The notes beneath the pieces are model-generated. The model searched no databases, had not been told where the DNA came from, and saw only the letters and a program-made list of their open reading frames with translations. Below, in pieces: positions 1-8,931 of a stretch of DNA of 64,000 nt. The translations under genes and the position numbers were made by a program. The stretch's first letter is position 1, and each line of letters begins with the position of its first letter. Source of the stretch: Patescibacteria group bacterium (lineage in GTDB: Bacteria > Patescibacteriota > Patescibacteriia > Patescibacteriales > JBAZCA01); contig JBAZCA010000004.1 in the NCBI GenBank assembly GCA_041671125.1, forward strand, positions 23,029 through 87,028. Direction: 5' to 3'.

Positions 1-400
1 CGAAGATGAGTTCCAGATTTATTGTTTCCCGGTCGCGCTCCGGATTAACGCTTCCTTCAACGTGGATAATATTGTCGTTTTTAAAATCCCGGACTACCTC
101 GCAGATGGCGTCGCACTCGCGGATATGCGAAAGAAACTGGTTGCCGAGTCCTTCGCCCTTATGCGCGCCTTTGACCAGGCCGGCAATATCAACGAATTCA
201 ATGGCCGCTGGAATAATTTTTTTTGGCTTGCTTAGGCCGGCGATTTTTAGGAGGCGTTCATCCGGTACCGAAACCACCCCGACATTCGGGTCAATAGTAC
301 AAAAAGGGTAGTTGGAGGCTTCCACACCTTTTTTTGTTAGGACGTTAAAAAGAGTGGATTTTCCTACGTTCGGCAAGCCGACGATCGCGATGGATAACAT
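1..400 (-). CDS. ychF: Ribosome-binding ATPase YchF (Obg-like), N-terminal part; gene runs off the left window edge
   Basis: Not in the ORF track because it is open at the edge. Reverse translation from ATG (400-398) gives [50 protein letters not shown]...[29 protein letters not shown]. It contains the P-loop GxPNVGKST and the DxAGLVxGA motif typical of YchF. Confidence 0.85.
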   Translation of the reverse strand, partial: MLSIAIVGLPNVGKSTLFNVLTKKGVEASNYPFCTIDPNVGVVSVPDERLLKIAGLSKPKKIIPAAIEFVDIAGLVKGAHKGEGLGNQFLSHIRECDAICEVVRDFKNDNIIHVEGSVNPERDRETINLELIF

Positions 401-480
401 AACAAATAGTGGATTAAGCGCTTAGGTTAAATGTCTTAGCAATGATAGCACTTTTTATATTAAAATCAATCAAATTAGAA

Positions 481-538
481 AGTCAAAAAGTCAGTAAGTC
501 AGAAAGTCTGGTTTACTACTGACTTTGGACTCGGGACT
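481..538. repeat. Intergenic word array/hairpin built from AGTC words followed by GACT words
   Basis: The sequence agtcaaaa-agtcagta-agtcagaa-agtctggt is followed by ...actgactttggactcgggact. The same word family occurs at 22583-22676 and inside leuS at 59592-59637. Confidence 0.7.
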
Positions 539-541
539 AAA

Positions 542-1648
542 TTAAGACTTTTCTTTAATCAGCCAGACGGCGAGAAGGGTGGAGAGCGGCATGGATAAAA
601 TAAGGCCGATACTGCCGGAAAGGGTGCGGATAATTTCGGTCGCTAAGGCTTCGTTATTTAAGGCTTGCGAGGCGCTCGCGAAAGCGCTTTGGCCGGTTAA
701 AAATAATATGAGCAGGGGGAGCGAGGCGCCGGCGTAGGCTAAAAACAGGGTATTGGTCATGGAGCTGATATGAGAGACGCCGATGTTCATGGATTTTTTA
801 AAGATTTCCATCCTGGATTGCCCGCTGGTTGAATTGGTGATTTCTTCCACGGCCGTGATTTGGGAGATTACCATGTCATCCAAAACCCCTAAAGCGCCGA
901 TGATGATTCCGGCTAAGAGGAGCCCCTGGAAATTGACGATTCGCGACCCGAACCCGGCGAGAAAACTCGCTTCTTCGTCAGCCAGTCCGGTAAGATGGGC
1001 GAGATTGACGAAAATGTAAGAGATGGCGACCGTAGCGACGAGGCTGAGTAAGATGCTCAAAACCGCTAAGTGAGCTTTCCGGTTAAATCCTTCAGTCAGA
1101 TAAATTACGGATAAGAGAATGACAAACGCTCCGATGAGCGTCGTAATGACCGGATCAGCGCCGTCCATAATCTGCGGGAGGATGTATTTCATGATGACGG
1201 CGAAAGTGAGGGCTAATGAAATGAGCGAGCGAAGACCCTTAAAGCGGCCGACCGCGAGCAGGGAGATAACAAAAATAATTGCCAGCCAGGCGAGACTAGG
1301 AGTGCGGACGTAGTCAGTAATAAAATATTGTAAGTTGTCGGCTTCATCAGCCGTGGCCTGGACCGAAACCCGGTCGCCGGCTTTGTAAATATTTTTGACG
1401 ACTGATTCCGGGCCGCCAATACCCTCGTAATTTATAGTTTTACCCTTTAGCTCTCCGTCCAGGGCGCGCAGTTCAATATCTTGCTGTTTGAAAATTTCGC
1501 CATTTTCACCGGCAACATCCTTTTCTTCCAGTATTCTTACGACTTCGGCGGAAAAAATATTTTGGATCGGCGCGGCCAAAGTATGGGTTGGAGCGAGGAA
1601 AAATATTAAGGCAAAAATGAAAAATATTTTTTTCAGCATACTATTCAA
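542..1648 (-). CDS. YibE/F-family integral membrane protein
   Basis: 368-aa ORF. It has an N-terminal signal/anchor, an extracytoplasmic segment of about 120 aa, and multiple TM helices (GRFKGLRSLISLALTFAVIMKYILPQI, GVLDDMVISQITAVEEI). This matches my recollection of YibE/F architecture. Confidence 0.6.
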   Translation of the reverse strand: MNSMLKKIFFIFALIFFLAPTHTLAAPIQNIFSAEVVRILEEKDVAGENGEIFKQQDIELRALDGELKGKTINYEGIGGPESVVKNIYKAGDRVSVQATADEADNLQYFITDYVRTPSLAWLAIIFVISLLAVGRFKGLRSLISLALTFAVIMKYILPQIMDGADPVITTLIGAFVILLSVIYLTEGFNRKAHLAVLSILLSLVATVAISYIFVNLAHLTGLADEEASFLAGFGSRIVNFQGLLLAGIIIGALGVLDDMVISQITAVEEITNSTSGQSRMEIFKKSMNIGVSHISSMTNTLFLAYAGASLPLLILFLTGQSAFASASQALNNEALATEIIRTLSGSIGLILSMPLSTLLAVWLIKEKS

Positions 1649-2135
1649 TTTTTAAAATTTCATACTCCGTTTCCTTGTCTTTGAGTTTAAGCATCACCCG
1701 ATCTCCCGCTCGCCGACCCATCAAAAGGGAGCCGATCGGCGAATTGCTGGAGATGACGCCCTGGCCGGGATTAGTTTCGGCCGATCCGAGGATGAGAAAA
1801 GTTTTTTCCTTTCCGCCCGCTTTTACGGTTACCCGGCTGCCAAGCGCGACCCGGCTGGTCTGTCCGGGTATGATGATCATTGCCCGTTTAAGCTGGTCTT
1901 CGGTTTCTAAAATCCGCTGGTTTAATCCCCGGAGCCTTCCTTTAGCTATCTGATAAGCGGCGTTTTCGGAAAAATCGCCGTTTAAGGCGTGGAATTTTAC
2001 TTCTTCAATTAAGGCTGGCCGGGATTTTTTCATCCGCTCCAGTTTGTTTTTCAGTTCCTGAAATTTCTCCGCCGTAATATGGGGATCGGGTTTTAGGTGG
2101 GTGTATTGGCCGGGTTTTCTAATCGGGACTCGCAT
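1641..2135 (-). CDS. greA: Transcription elongation factor GreA
   Basis: 164 aa. It has a coiled-coil N-domain (KFQELKNKLERMKK...FSENAAYQIAKGRLRGLNQRILETEDQL) and a C-terminal GreA/B domain (GSRVTV...SSNSPIGSLLMGRRAGDRV). Confidence 0.9.
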   Translation of the reverse strand: MRVPIRKPGQYTHLKPDPHITAEKFQELKNKLERMKKSRPALIEEVKFHALNGDFSENAAYQIAKGRLRGLNQRILETEDQLKRAMIIIPGQTSRVALGSRVTVKAGGKEKTFLILGSAETNPGQGVISSNSPIGSLLMGRRAGDRVMLKLKDKETEYEILKIE

Positions 2136-2205
2136 GAAAAGATTCTAACATATTTCTATTTTTTTTGGTATTTTGCCGGGTTGCGTGCTATATTGCAGAT
2201 ACATT

Positions 2206-3006
2206 ATGATACAGGAAGAAAATTTCTTAATCGCTTTTGGCCTGTCCTTGTTCGCCGGACTCTCAACCGTCCTCGGGGCGATGATTGTCTATGGTTTAAA
2301 AAGCCGGACTCCGAAGATCCTTTCTCTCGGACTCGGTTTTTCCGCCGGGGTAATGCTCTACCTTTCTTTTTTTGAGCTCATTCCCGAAGCCAGGCAGGCG
2401 CTTTTTTCGCAATCAGCCGGCGGTTGGCTCAGCCTATTTTTTTATTTTTTCGCCGGATTGGCAGTAGCGGCTATAATTGATTTTTTCACCCATAATTTTG
2501 TCCATAAAAAAACCGATTGTCCGGTTCCGGGTGAAAAGCCGCGTAAAGGAAAACATCCGCTCCACCAGCTCGGAATCTTTACCGCCCTGGCCATCGCCAT
2601 CCATAATTTTCCGGAAGGCATTGCCACGTTCGCTTCGGCCGCTACCAACCTTTCTTTAGGCATCCCCCTCGCCCTGGCGGTCGCTATCCATAACATCCCC
2701 GAAGGCATGTGCGTCGCCCTGCCGGTTTATTGCGCGACCGGCAGTAAAAGCAAAGGCATCGTCTATACCTTGTGGGCCGGCCTGGCCGAACCGCTCGGCG
2801 CCGTGCTCGCCTATTTTTTTCTCTTCCCGTTTTTTACCGCCTACATAGAAGGCGCGCTCCTCGCGGTTGTCGCCGGAATTATGATTTACGTCGCCCTGGA
2901 CGAACTTCTTCCCGCCGCCCGCGAAAACGGCCAGCTCGGCCGCGCCTTAACCGGACTGGCTTTAGGGGCGGTTTCCATGTACTTAATATTGCCGCTCATA
3001 AAGTAG
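2206..3006 (+). CDS. zupT: ZIP-family zinc transporter ZupT
   Basis: It contains HNFPEGIATF and HNIPEGMCVALP motifs in TM helices. I prefer the ATG at 2206 (MIQEENFL) over the TTG at 2173 in the ORF track, because a TATATT -10-like box sits at 2189-2194. Confidence 0.85.
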   Translation: MIQEENFLIAFGLSLFAGLSTVLGAMIVYGLKSRTPKILSLGLGFSAGVMLYLSFFELIPEARQALFSQSAGGWLSLFFYFFAGLAVAAIIDFFTHNFVHKKTDCPVPGEKPRKGKHPLHQLGIFTALAIAIHNFPEGIATFASAATNLSLGIPLALAVAIHNIPEGMCVALPVYCATGSKSKGIVYTLWAGLAEPLGAVLAYFFLFPFFTAYIEGALLAVVAGIMIYVALDELLPAARENGQLGRALTGLALGAVSMYLILPLIK

Positions 3007-3030
3007 AGGGCTTTAATTTTACCTGAATAA

Positions 3031-3055
3031 ATCCAGCTTTTACGGCTGGATTTTT
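3031..3055 (+). terminator. Rho-independent terminator after zupT
   Basis: Stem atccagc / gctggat with a 7-nt loop, followed by TTTTT. Confidence 0.7.
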
Positions 3056-3072
3056 GACGCGATAAAGTCCGG

Positions 3073-4185
3073 TTATGATGCCTGGCGTTTTAATCCGGCA
3101 AGTTTTTTTAAAAAACTTTTCAGCGCCAGCGCTATAATTAAAAAGAGGCCAAGAAAAAGAATCATCGCCAGCCAGCCGGGAAAAAGTTTAAAAAAAATAT
3201 CATAGCGCGATAAGAGCGGCCAATGAATAAGGTAAATTTCATAAGCGCAGAAGCCGAAAAGGTAAAATAATTTAATCTCAAATTTCTTCAGGATAAAAAA
3301 AATTATTATCGCTCCCATGGTCATAAGGCTGATTATTTGTTCCCGGTCCGGATTTTCACCCACTCCGGAATTATAGGCCGTAAAACCGATTAGAATTAAC
3401 AGGGCGGTTAAAATAATATAACGGACCGGACGGTTAAGATTATGTAAAAAGGATTTGATTTTTACCGGCGCGAAGCGGCTCAGGCGGGACGGTCCGGTAA
3501 ATAGCGAGGCAAAAGCTATGCCTAAAGGAAACGCCAATAAATGCAGTTGGTATAAATGCAAAACGTCAATGGAAACCGGAAGGTTTAATCGCAGGATAAA
3601 AGATGAAATCGCGTAAATAAGGATGGCTGTCAGCCAAGGGCGTTTTTTAAAAAATATCAGGGGAAAAATAAAATAATAAAAAAGGACTGGAGTAAAAAAC
3701 CAAAGAGGCGAGTTAACATCAAGCGACAGGTCGGCGCGCGGGAAAAATCCGAGCAAGGACCGGATAATATAAGGCCAGGAGTAAGAGGCGCGCGAAGAAA
3801 AAAAATCCAGTAAAAAAAAGATAATAGTAGCAATCCAAAAGGGGGCGAATAATTTTAAAAGGCGTTTTTTGTAAAATTTGGCTATTGGCAACTCTCTTTT
3901 AAGCGCGCTCGCCGCTAATCCGTAGCCGGATAAGAATAAGAACAGGTTTACCCCTATGCCCGCCATAATGGAAAGCGGAAATAAAAAACGATGGTCAGCC
4001 GAAAGAAAATAACCGATATGAGAAAAGACTATTGCCAGGATAGCTAACCCCTTAAGCTCCCGCGTGAGCGCCGGCGGAAAAAATTCCGGATTTTTATTCC
4101 GGCGCAGAGTGGCAAGGAGGATAAGAGCGAAAATAGCGATGAATATTTTAGTTGAGAGGATCGGGTCATTTATTGATATCGGCAT
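3073..4185 (-). CDS. Acyltransferase-3 family membrane O-acyltransferase
   Basis: 370 aa with about 10 TM helices. The N-terminal LKGLAILAIVFSHIGYF is typical of acyltransferase_3. It overlaps the upstream SGNH gene by 20 nt. Confidence 0.75.
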   Translation of the reverse strand: MPISINDPILSTKIFIAIFALILLATLRRNKNPEFFPPALTRELKGLAILAIVFSHIGYFLSADHRFLFPLSIMAGIGVNLFLFLSGYGLAASALKRELPIAKFYKKRLLKLFAPFWIATIIFFLLDFFSSRASYSWPYIIRSLLGFFPRADLSLDVNSPLWFFTPVLFYYFIFPLIFFKKRPWLTAILIYAISSFILRLNLPVSIDVLHLYQLHLLAFPLGIAFASLFTGPSRLSRFAPVKIKSFLHNLNRPVRYIILTALLILIGFTAYNSGVGENPDREQIISLMTMGAIIIFFILKKFEIKLFYLFGFCAYEIYLIHWPLLSRYDIFFKLFPGWLAMILFLGLFLIIALALKSFLKKLAGLKRQAS

Positions 4186-4912
4186 AAATTATTTCCGCCC
4201 AAAGCTCATACCCTTTTGCCGAGGGATGGAATAAATCGGCTGAATATAAAGAGGAATCTTTAAACATAAGCTCGGTTGGCGCGTATAAATCCACGTATTC
4301 AATATTATTTTCTCGCGCCAGTTCTTTAATTATTTTATTGTATTCTATCGTCCTAAGCTTAATATATAAATTATAAGGCGGAAGCAAGAGCGTATTTGTC
4401 CCGAGATAGGGAATACTGACAGCGAAAATTTTTGCCTTAGTTCCATCCTTGAGCCGGGTTAAAATCTCTTTATAATTTTCAGAAAATTTTGTTTTAGAAA
4501 CATTGCCGTGGATGTCGTTAACGCCGATAAGTAAAGTAACGATATCGGGTCGGTCGTTAATCGCGGCTGTCAATAAATCATTGATCAGGTCGCTCGTTTT
4601 CGCGCCCGGATAAGCGCGGTCGCGCAATGTTATATTACCGCCGGCGCCGGATATTTTTTGAGCGATCCTGTACGGGTAAGATTCTTCGTATCTTAAAACG
4701 CCCACACCGGCCGCCAAGCTGTCACCCAGAGCCGTATAGATAATATTTGCTTCGTTGTTCTTTTCGTTCCTGATAATGTATTCGCCCATAGTGTCCGGGG
4801 ATTTCAGTCCCGCGCCGCTGATTTTTTTATAAATGTAATAATGCGCCGCGGCTAAATACGCGGTTAAGATAATAAATAACGCGATACTGATAATTGTTAT
4901 TTTCTTTTTCAT
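4166..4912 (-). CDS. SGNH/GDSL hydrolase, membrane anchored
   Basis: 248 aa with an N-terminal TM helix. It has block I ALGDSLAAGVG, block III GVNDI and block V DLFHPSAKGY. Confidence 0.8.
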   Translation of the reverse strand: MKKKITIISIALFIILTAYLAAAHYYIYKKISGAGLKSPDTMGEYIIRNEKNNEANIIYTALGDSLAAGVGVLRYEESYPYRIAQKISGAGGNITLRDRAYPGAKTSDLINDLLTAAINDRPDIVTLLIGVNDIHGNVSKTKFSENYKEILTRLKDGTKAKIFAVSIPYLGTNTLLLPPYNLYIKLRTIEYNKIIKELARENNIEYVDLYAPTELMFKDSSLYSADLFHPSAKGYELWAEIIYADINK

Positions 4913-5025
4913 AATTCGTGGATAACATAGCGCTATCCTGATTATAGCATAAAGTCACGCGGCTTTTAACTTAAGCAGGGTTTAATTGAATGATTAAAGG
5001 AATGGTCCCTCTCCTTCGGGCAATA

Positions 5026-5054
5026 ATAACAAAAAACAGGCGATAAAGCCTGTT
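5026..5054 (-). terminator. Terminator downstream of tRNA-Asp
   Basis: On the minus strand: aacaggc-tttatc-gcctgtt followed by a T run. Confidence 0.65.
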
Positions 5055-5065
5055 TAAAGTTACTG

Positions 5066-5139
5066 CGGAGCGGACGGGGCTCGAACCCGCGACCTCTGCC
5101 GTGACAGGGCAGCGCTCTAACCAACTGAGCTACCACTCC
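5066..5139 (-). tRNA. tRNA-Asp (GTC)
   Basis: Reverse complement is GGAGTGGTAGCTCAGTTGGTTAGAGCGCTGCCCTGTCACGGCAGAGGTCGCGGGTTCGAGCCCCGTCCGCTCCG. It folds as a cloverleaf with anticodon loop CT-GTC-AC. CCA is not encoded. Confidence 0.95.
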
Positions 5140-5207
5140 ATTGAATTGCCAATTTATTTTTCCTTAACCCCAGCTTAATGATTTTAAGCTATAGTTATTT
5201 TCCCTCT

Positions 5208-5235
5208 CAAAAACAAAAATGTCCCCTTTCGGGAT
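5208..5235 (-). terminator. Possible terminator after the TrmH-family gene
   Basis: Minus strand: a short tccc-gaaa-ggga hairpin followed by ATTTTTGTTTTT. Confidence 0.4.
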
Positions 5236-5266
5236 AGAAATATATTAACAAAGAAAGGGGCGGGAG

Positions 5267-6055
5267 TCAACCGGCAGTCCTTTGCCGGAGGGCTTCGTAA
5301 GCGATAATGGCGGCGGAAACTGAGACGTTTAAAGAGTCAATTTTTCCTTTCATCGGGATGCGAGTTTTTTCATCGGCCGCGGAAAGCCAGAATTCGGAAA
5401 GTCCCTGGTCTTCGCTTCCCATTAAAATGGCGGACGGCTTTTTTAAATCAATCTTGGTGTAAATTTTAGCGGCCGCGGGCGTCGTAGCTATCAGGGTGAT
5501 GGCCTTATTTTTTAAAAAATCACAGATTGATTCGGGTGATCCGCTGGCGATTGGGACGGTAAAGACCGTTCCCTGGCTGGCGCGGATAACATTAGGGCTG
5601 TAAATATCGGTTTTCGCGTCGCTTATAAGGACGGCATCGGCTCCGCAGGCATCAGCGGTTCGGAGGATGGCGCCCAGGTTGCCTGGTTTTTCTACAGATT
5701 CAAGAACAATGACTAGCGGGTTTTTTGAAAGTTTAATTTGGTCCAATGAAGTTTCGGTTAAGCGGGTCAGGGCGATGAGGCCGTCCGGATTTTCCCGGTA
5801 AGAGATTTTTTTGAAGATCGCTGGCGGAATTTCGTATATATTATGGCCGATAGTCGGTAAAGGTCGGTCTTTTAAAAACAGGGGGCAATAAAAGAGGGAG
5901 ATGATTTCCATGCCGGCCTGGCTAGCGAGGGTGATCTCCCTCTGACCCTCCACAATGATTAATCCCCGGGTCTGGCGTTCTTTTTTACTGGTTTTCAGTT
6001 TAATAATTTCTTTAATCTTAGCGTTTTCTCGGCTGGTAATGGCAGTATTTAACAT
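5267..6055 (-). CDS. TrmH/SpoU-family RNA 2'-O-methyltransferase
   Basis: 262 aa. It carries SpoU motifs VLESVEKPGNLGAILRTADACGADAVLI, ILMGSEDQGLS and IPMKGKIDSLNVSVSAAI. Confidence 0.85.
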   Translation of the reverse strand: MLNTAITSRENAKIKEIIKLKTSKKERQTRGLIIVEGQREITLASQAGMEIISLFYCPLFLKDRPLPTIGHNIYEIPPAIFKKISYRENPDGLIALTRLTETSLDQIKLSKNPLVIVLESVEKPGNLGAILRTADACGADAVLISDAKTDIYSPNVIRASQGTVFTVPIASGSPESICDFLKNKAITLIATTPAAAKIYTKIDLKKPSAILMGSEDQGLSEFWLSAADEKTRIPMKGKIDSLNVSVSAAIIAYEALRQRTAG

Positions 6056-6073
6056 ATTTTTTTAATCTTGGGC

Positions 6074-6102
6074 TTGACAAGGGATTTAGAGTGTGCTATG
6101 AT
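6074..6102 (+). promoter_or_regulatory. Near-consensus sigma70-type promoter (TTGACA-17 nt-TGcTATGAT)
   Basis: TTGACA at 6074-6079, a 17-nt spacer, and an extended -10 tgcTATGAT ending at 6102. No protein-coding ORF follows on this strand. Confidence 0.6.
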
Positions 6103-6109
6103 AATCAGT

Positions 6110-6345
6110 CAACTGAAATGACAAATTTTCGGATAAGAGAGATTAGCTGACCGAAAGGTTTGGATATAAGTTCTTATTAAAAATAGAAATAAAAATAAAA
6201 TTTGTTAGATTAGTTAAGGCCGACTTAAGCGGGCCAGGCACGACAAGCATGGGGATTTTCACATTACGTTTTCATGGTCTCTGACTGGGAAAATAGTAAT
6301 GGAAATTTCTTGCCTGCCCGCTCAAGTCGGCCTTTTTGTTTGGCT
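6110..6345 (+). ncRNA. Candidate structured small RNA of unknown class
   Basis: It lies downstream of the 6074-6102 promoter. A 24-bp long-range stem forms between aaggccgacttaagcgggccaggca (about 6216-6240) and tgcctgcccgctcaagtcggcctt (about 6311-6334), with 1 mismatch and 1 bulge. The stem is followed by TTTTTGTTT. No ORF longer than 10 codons is present. A second terminator lies at 6395-6418. Confidence 0.45.
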
Positions 6346-6394
6346 CTAAATTTTGCTTGGAGCTTGTCTTAAAAAAAGTTATTAAATTTTTTTG

Positions 6395-6418
6395 CCCGGA
6401 TGTGATTCCGGGTTTTTT
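6395..6418 (+). terminator. Rho-independent terminator (second one downstream of the candidate sRNA)
   Basis: cccgga-tgtgat-tccggg followed by TTTTTT. Confidence 0.65.
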
Positions 6419-6467
6419 ATTTTCAGGACAGCCTTCGCAACCGGATGTTATGTTTTTTGGATTATAG

Positions 6468-8501
6468 TTACAAGCTTCCGACCGGAGTATCGGCGCCGGT
6501 AGTTGGGGTGTCGGCGGGAAGGTTCGCGGCGGGATTGGAAGGATCAGCGGGTATTTCCGGATTTTTCGGAGTCTCGCCGGAAGGGGCGGCCGGATCAGTT
6601 TCACCGGTTTTGTTTTCTCCCTCAGCCGGATTAGTCGTTTCAGCCGCTTTTTCCACGCCCAAAAGGCAAACCGCCTGCCAGGGCCGGTAATGGGAGCTAA
6701 ACCTTTTTTCTTTTATTTCGCCCGAAGGGTAGGTAACCTTGTAATCAAAATAGGCGTCGGCTCCGTTATGGGCGCTTTCGGTGCATTTTTTTTCGCCCGG
6801 TTTCAGGTCAGTAGTCTCAATGATTTTCGTCGGGCCGGGTTTTACGATATTGTAAATGGTCGGGTAGGTTGAAGTGGCGGCGCGCCCGTCCGCGGTTCCC
6901 CAGTAATCAAAATAAATGAGGTCGCCTTCTATCCGGGACTGGATCAGGACATGATGCCCAGTGTCGTTTAAGAATTTAAAATCCGGCGCCGGATCGTAAA
7001 TCGTCGCGTCGGTTCCGGCCGGCTCGTAATAGGAAACCCGGTAAGAGTGGTTGGTTCGCGCGGTAATCGGCAGGCCGGAAGCGGTCGCCCCGCGAAAAAC
7101 CGTTGTGCCGATCTGGCAAAGGCCGCCGCCGTATTCAGGGATGGTTTTATTGCCTTTGATAACGAGTTCGGTCAAATAGCCGGTGGATTTGTCAATCGCG
7201 CCCAGGGTTTTTAAAAGTGAAAATTCTTCGCCCGGCTTAATCAAAGTCCCGTTAACGTAGCTCGCGCCGGTCTTGATGTTATGGCGCCGGTTTTTCGGTG
7301 AGCCGGCAAAGTTGGATTTTCCCGTGCCGATTATTTCTTTTATTCCAAGATCATTAACATCACCTTCTTCTATTTCGCTTTTCACGGCTTCAACCGCCAG
7401 CTCCGAGCGGTTATTTTCTTTTACGGCCAGGCCATATTCAATCCGGGCTAATGTTTCGGCCATATTTACCGAGAGCCCGTCCCGGCCGGCCTGGAAAATC
7501 GTTACCTTGCCGTTTTCCATTTTAAACTTAGCGGTTTGGGCGGGAATTTCAATTTCCGGCAGGATGTTTTTTTCAAAATATTCCCGGACTTTTTCTTCGC
7601 TCAGGCCGGTTTTTATTTCCGGCCGGTTCTCCGGGCATTCCCCTGGTCGGGAAAGGCAATAGGAAAATTCTTTTTTTAAATTGAGCCAGGCGGCGAGTTC
7701 GTCTTTTTCAATTTTCCATTCTTTTTTTTCGTAAGCGATCGTGAGCGGCGCGAGGCTTAAGATTTTTTCCGCCTGATTTATCACGTTGCTTTGTTCGGCG
7801 GCAAAGAGCTTTATTTCCGGGCGGTCGTCCTCATTAATTTCCAGTTCCACCGAAGAAAAGTTTAACCGTCTCAGGTTATTTTTAAAAATATTCAGAGCCT
7901 TTTCGTAATCAATGGTTTTTCCCGTCGCTTCTTTCGTAAGCGAAAACGCGCCGTTTTCGTAAGCGAGCCCCGCGCTCTTCGGCGGAATTTCCAGGCCGGC
8001 GAATCGGGTTTTTAAAAGCTCATTGATTTTTTCTTCATTCACGTCAGCCGCGAGAAAAATCCTTTCCCCGTAGATAGCCGCGGAAATAATGTCTTTAAAG
8101 CCGGAAAAGAATCCATTGCCCCGGCCGTAGGAAAAAATGTTTTTTAATGTCCGGTCTTCGTCAAAATTTATGAGCGGGACCGCGAAATCAGCGCCGGTGC
8201 CGGCCATAACGGGAAAAACAGTCTCTTTTTCCCGCCCAAGGTAAAAATCCACCCCCTTATTTTCCAGCTCACTGATTTTTTTATTTAAGATTTCCGAGGT
8301 TTCGTCCGCGGTCAGGCCGCTTAATTTTTCGGCGCCAAGATAAACACCGGGAAAAATTTTCCCCTGATAGATTTTTTGGAAAGCGAAAACGGCGGCGCCA
8401 AGGATTAAGAAGAGAAGAATCAGGGCGATAAAAAAAATGACTGCTAAATAAAGAGCCTGTTTAATAAGTCCATTTCTGCTACTAAGTTCAAATTTTGGCA
8501 T
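6468..8501 (-). CDS. VanW-domain protein with N-terminal TM anchor, G5-like region and Pro/Thr-rich tail
   Basis: 677 aa. The VanW core is GGGLCQIGTTVFRGATASGLPITARTNHSYRVSYYEP. A G5-like segment (KPGPTKIIETTDLKPGEKK) follows. The C-terminal tail is low complexity and P/T/E-rich. Confidence 0.75.
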   Translation of the reverse strand: MPKFELSSRNGLIKQALYLAVIFFIALILLFLILGAAVFAFQKIYQGKIFPGVYLGAEKLSGLTADETSEILNKKISELENKGVDFYLGREKETVFPVMAGTGADFAVPLINFDEDRTLKNIFSYGRGNGFFSGFKDIISAAIYGERIFLAADVNEEKINELLKTRFAGLEIPPKSAGLAYENGAFSLTKEATGKTIDYEKALNIFKNNLRRLNFSSVELEINEDDRPEIKLFAAEQSNVINQAEKILSLAPLTIAYEKKEWKIEKDELAAWLNLKKEFSYCLSRPGECPENRPEIKTGLSEEKVREYFEKNILPEIEIPAQTAKFKMENGKVTIFQAGRDGLSVNMAETLARIEYGLAVKENNRSELAVEAVKSEIEEGDVNDLGIKEIIGTGKSNFAGSPKNRRHNIKTGASYVNGTLIKPGEEFSLLKTLGAIDKSTGYLTELVIKGNKTIPEYGGGLCQIGTTVFRGATASGLPITARTNHSYRVSYYEPAGTDATIYDPAPDFKFLNDTGHHVLIQSRIEGDLIYFDYWGTADGRAATSTYPTIYNIVKPGPTKIIETTDLKPGEKKCTESAHNGADAYFDYKVTYPSGEIKEKRFSSHYRPWQAVCLLGVEKAAETTNPAEGENKTGETDPAAPSGETPKNPEIPADPSNPAANLPADTPTTGADTPVGSL

Positions 8502-8689
8502 AATTTTTTCTAAATTTTATCGCCTATATGGCAATATAAGCTCAAAAATTTATAAAAAATTCTGCGCAAAATTTGAACTTCTCGCGACGAAAGCGACTTA
8601 TCAAACAGGCTCTTGGCAATCTGTTCTGTCTTAACTGTTCCAGTTTCATTAAAAGGCTCTGCATGTATTTTTAGCGGACCAGCCGGAAA

Positions 8690-8920
8690 TCAGCCGTTAT
8701 TGTCCCCGATATTTAAGATTTCGTTTAAAATGTCTTTGGCTTTTTTTCTTTTTTCCTCTTCGGCTTCAGCTAAAGCGCGGATACTAAAACTAAGCACTGC
8801 CCCTTCATGGGCGTCCGCGGGGAGGAGGTTTTTCGGAAAGATAATAGTTTCCTGACCATCTTCGGTTTTCAGCGCGGCTTTGTCTTCTTCAAAACGATCA
8901 ATTGTAAGATTTATTTCCAT
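8690..8920 (-). CDS. DUF3006-like small protein
   Basis: 76 aa. The pattern IDRFEEDKAALKTEDGQETIIFPKNLLPADAHEGAVLSF matches DUF3006 as I recall it. Confidence 0.55.
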   Translation of the reverse strand: MEINLTIDRFEEDKAALKTEDGQETIIFPKNLLPADAHEGAVLSFSIRALAEAEEEKRKKAKDILNEILNIGDNNG

Positions 8921-8931
8921 GTATAGAGGAC

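Noticed and set aside
6110-6345. Identification of the candidate sRNA as SRP RNA, 6S RNA or RNase P RNA.
   Set aside because: On either strand there is no helix-8 GGAA tetraloop or AGCA motif, no P4 GAGGAAAGUCC, and no closing stem that pairs the transcript ends as 6S would need. It is left unclassified.
6272-6690. ORFs 6272-6604 (minus) and 6445-6690 (plus) near the 3' end of the VanW gene.
   Set aside because: They are alternative frames of the Pro/Thr-rich tail of the VanW-like protein and of terminator DNA. No independent coding signal is present.
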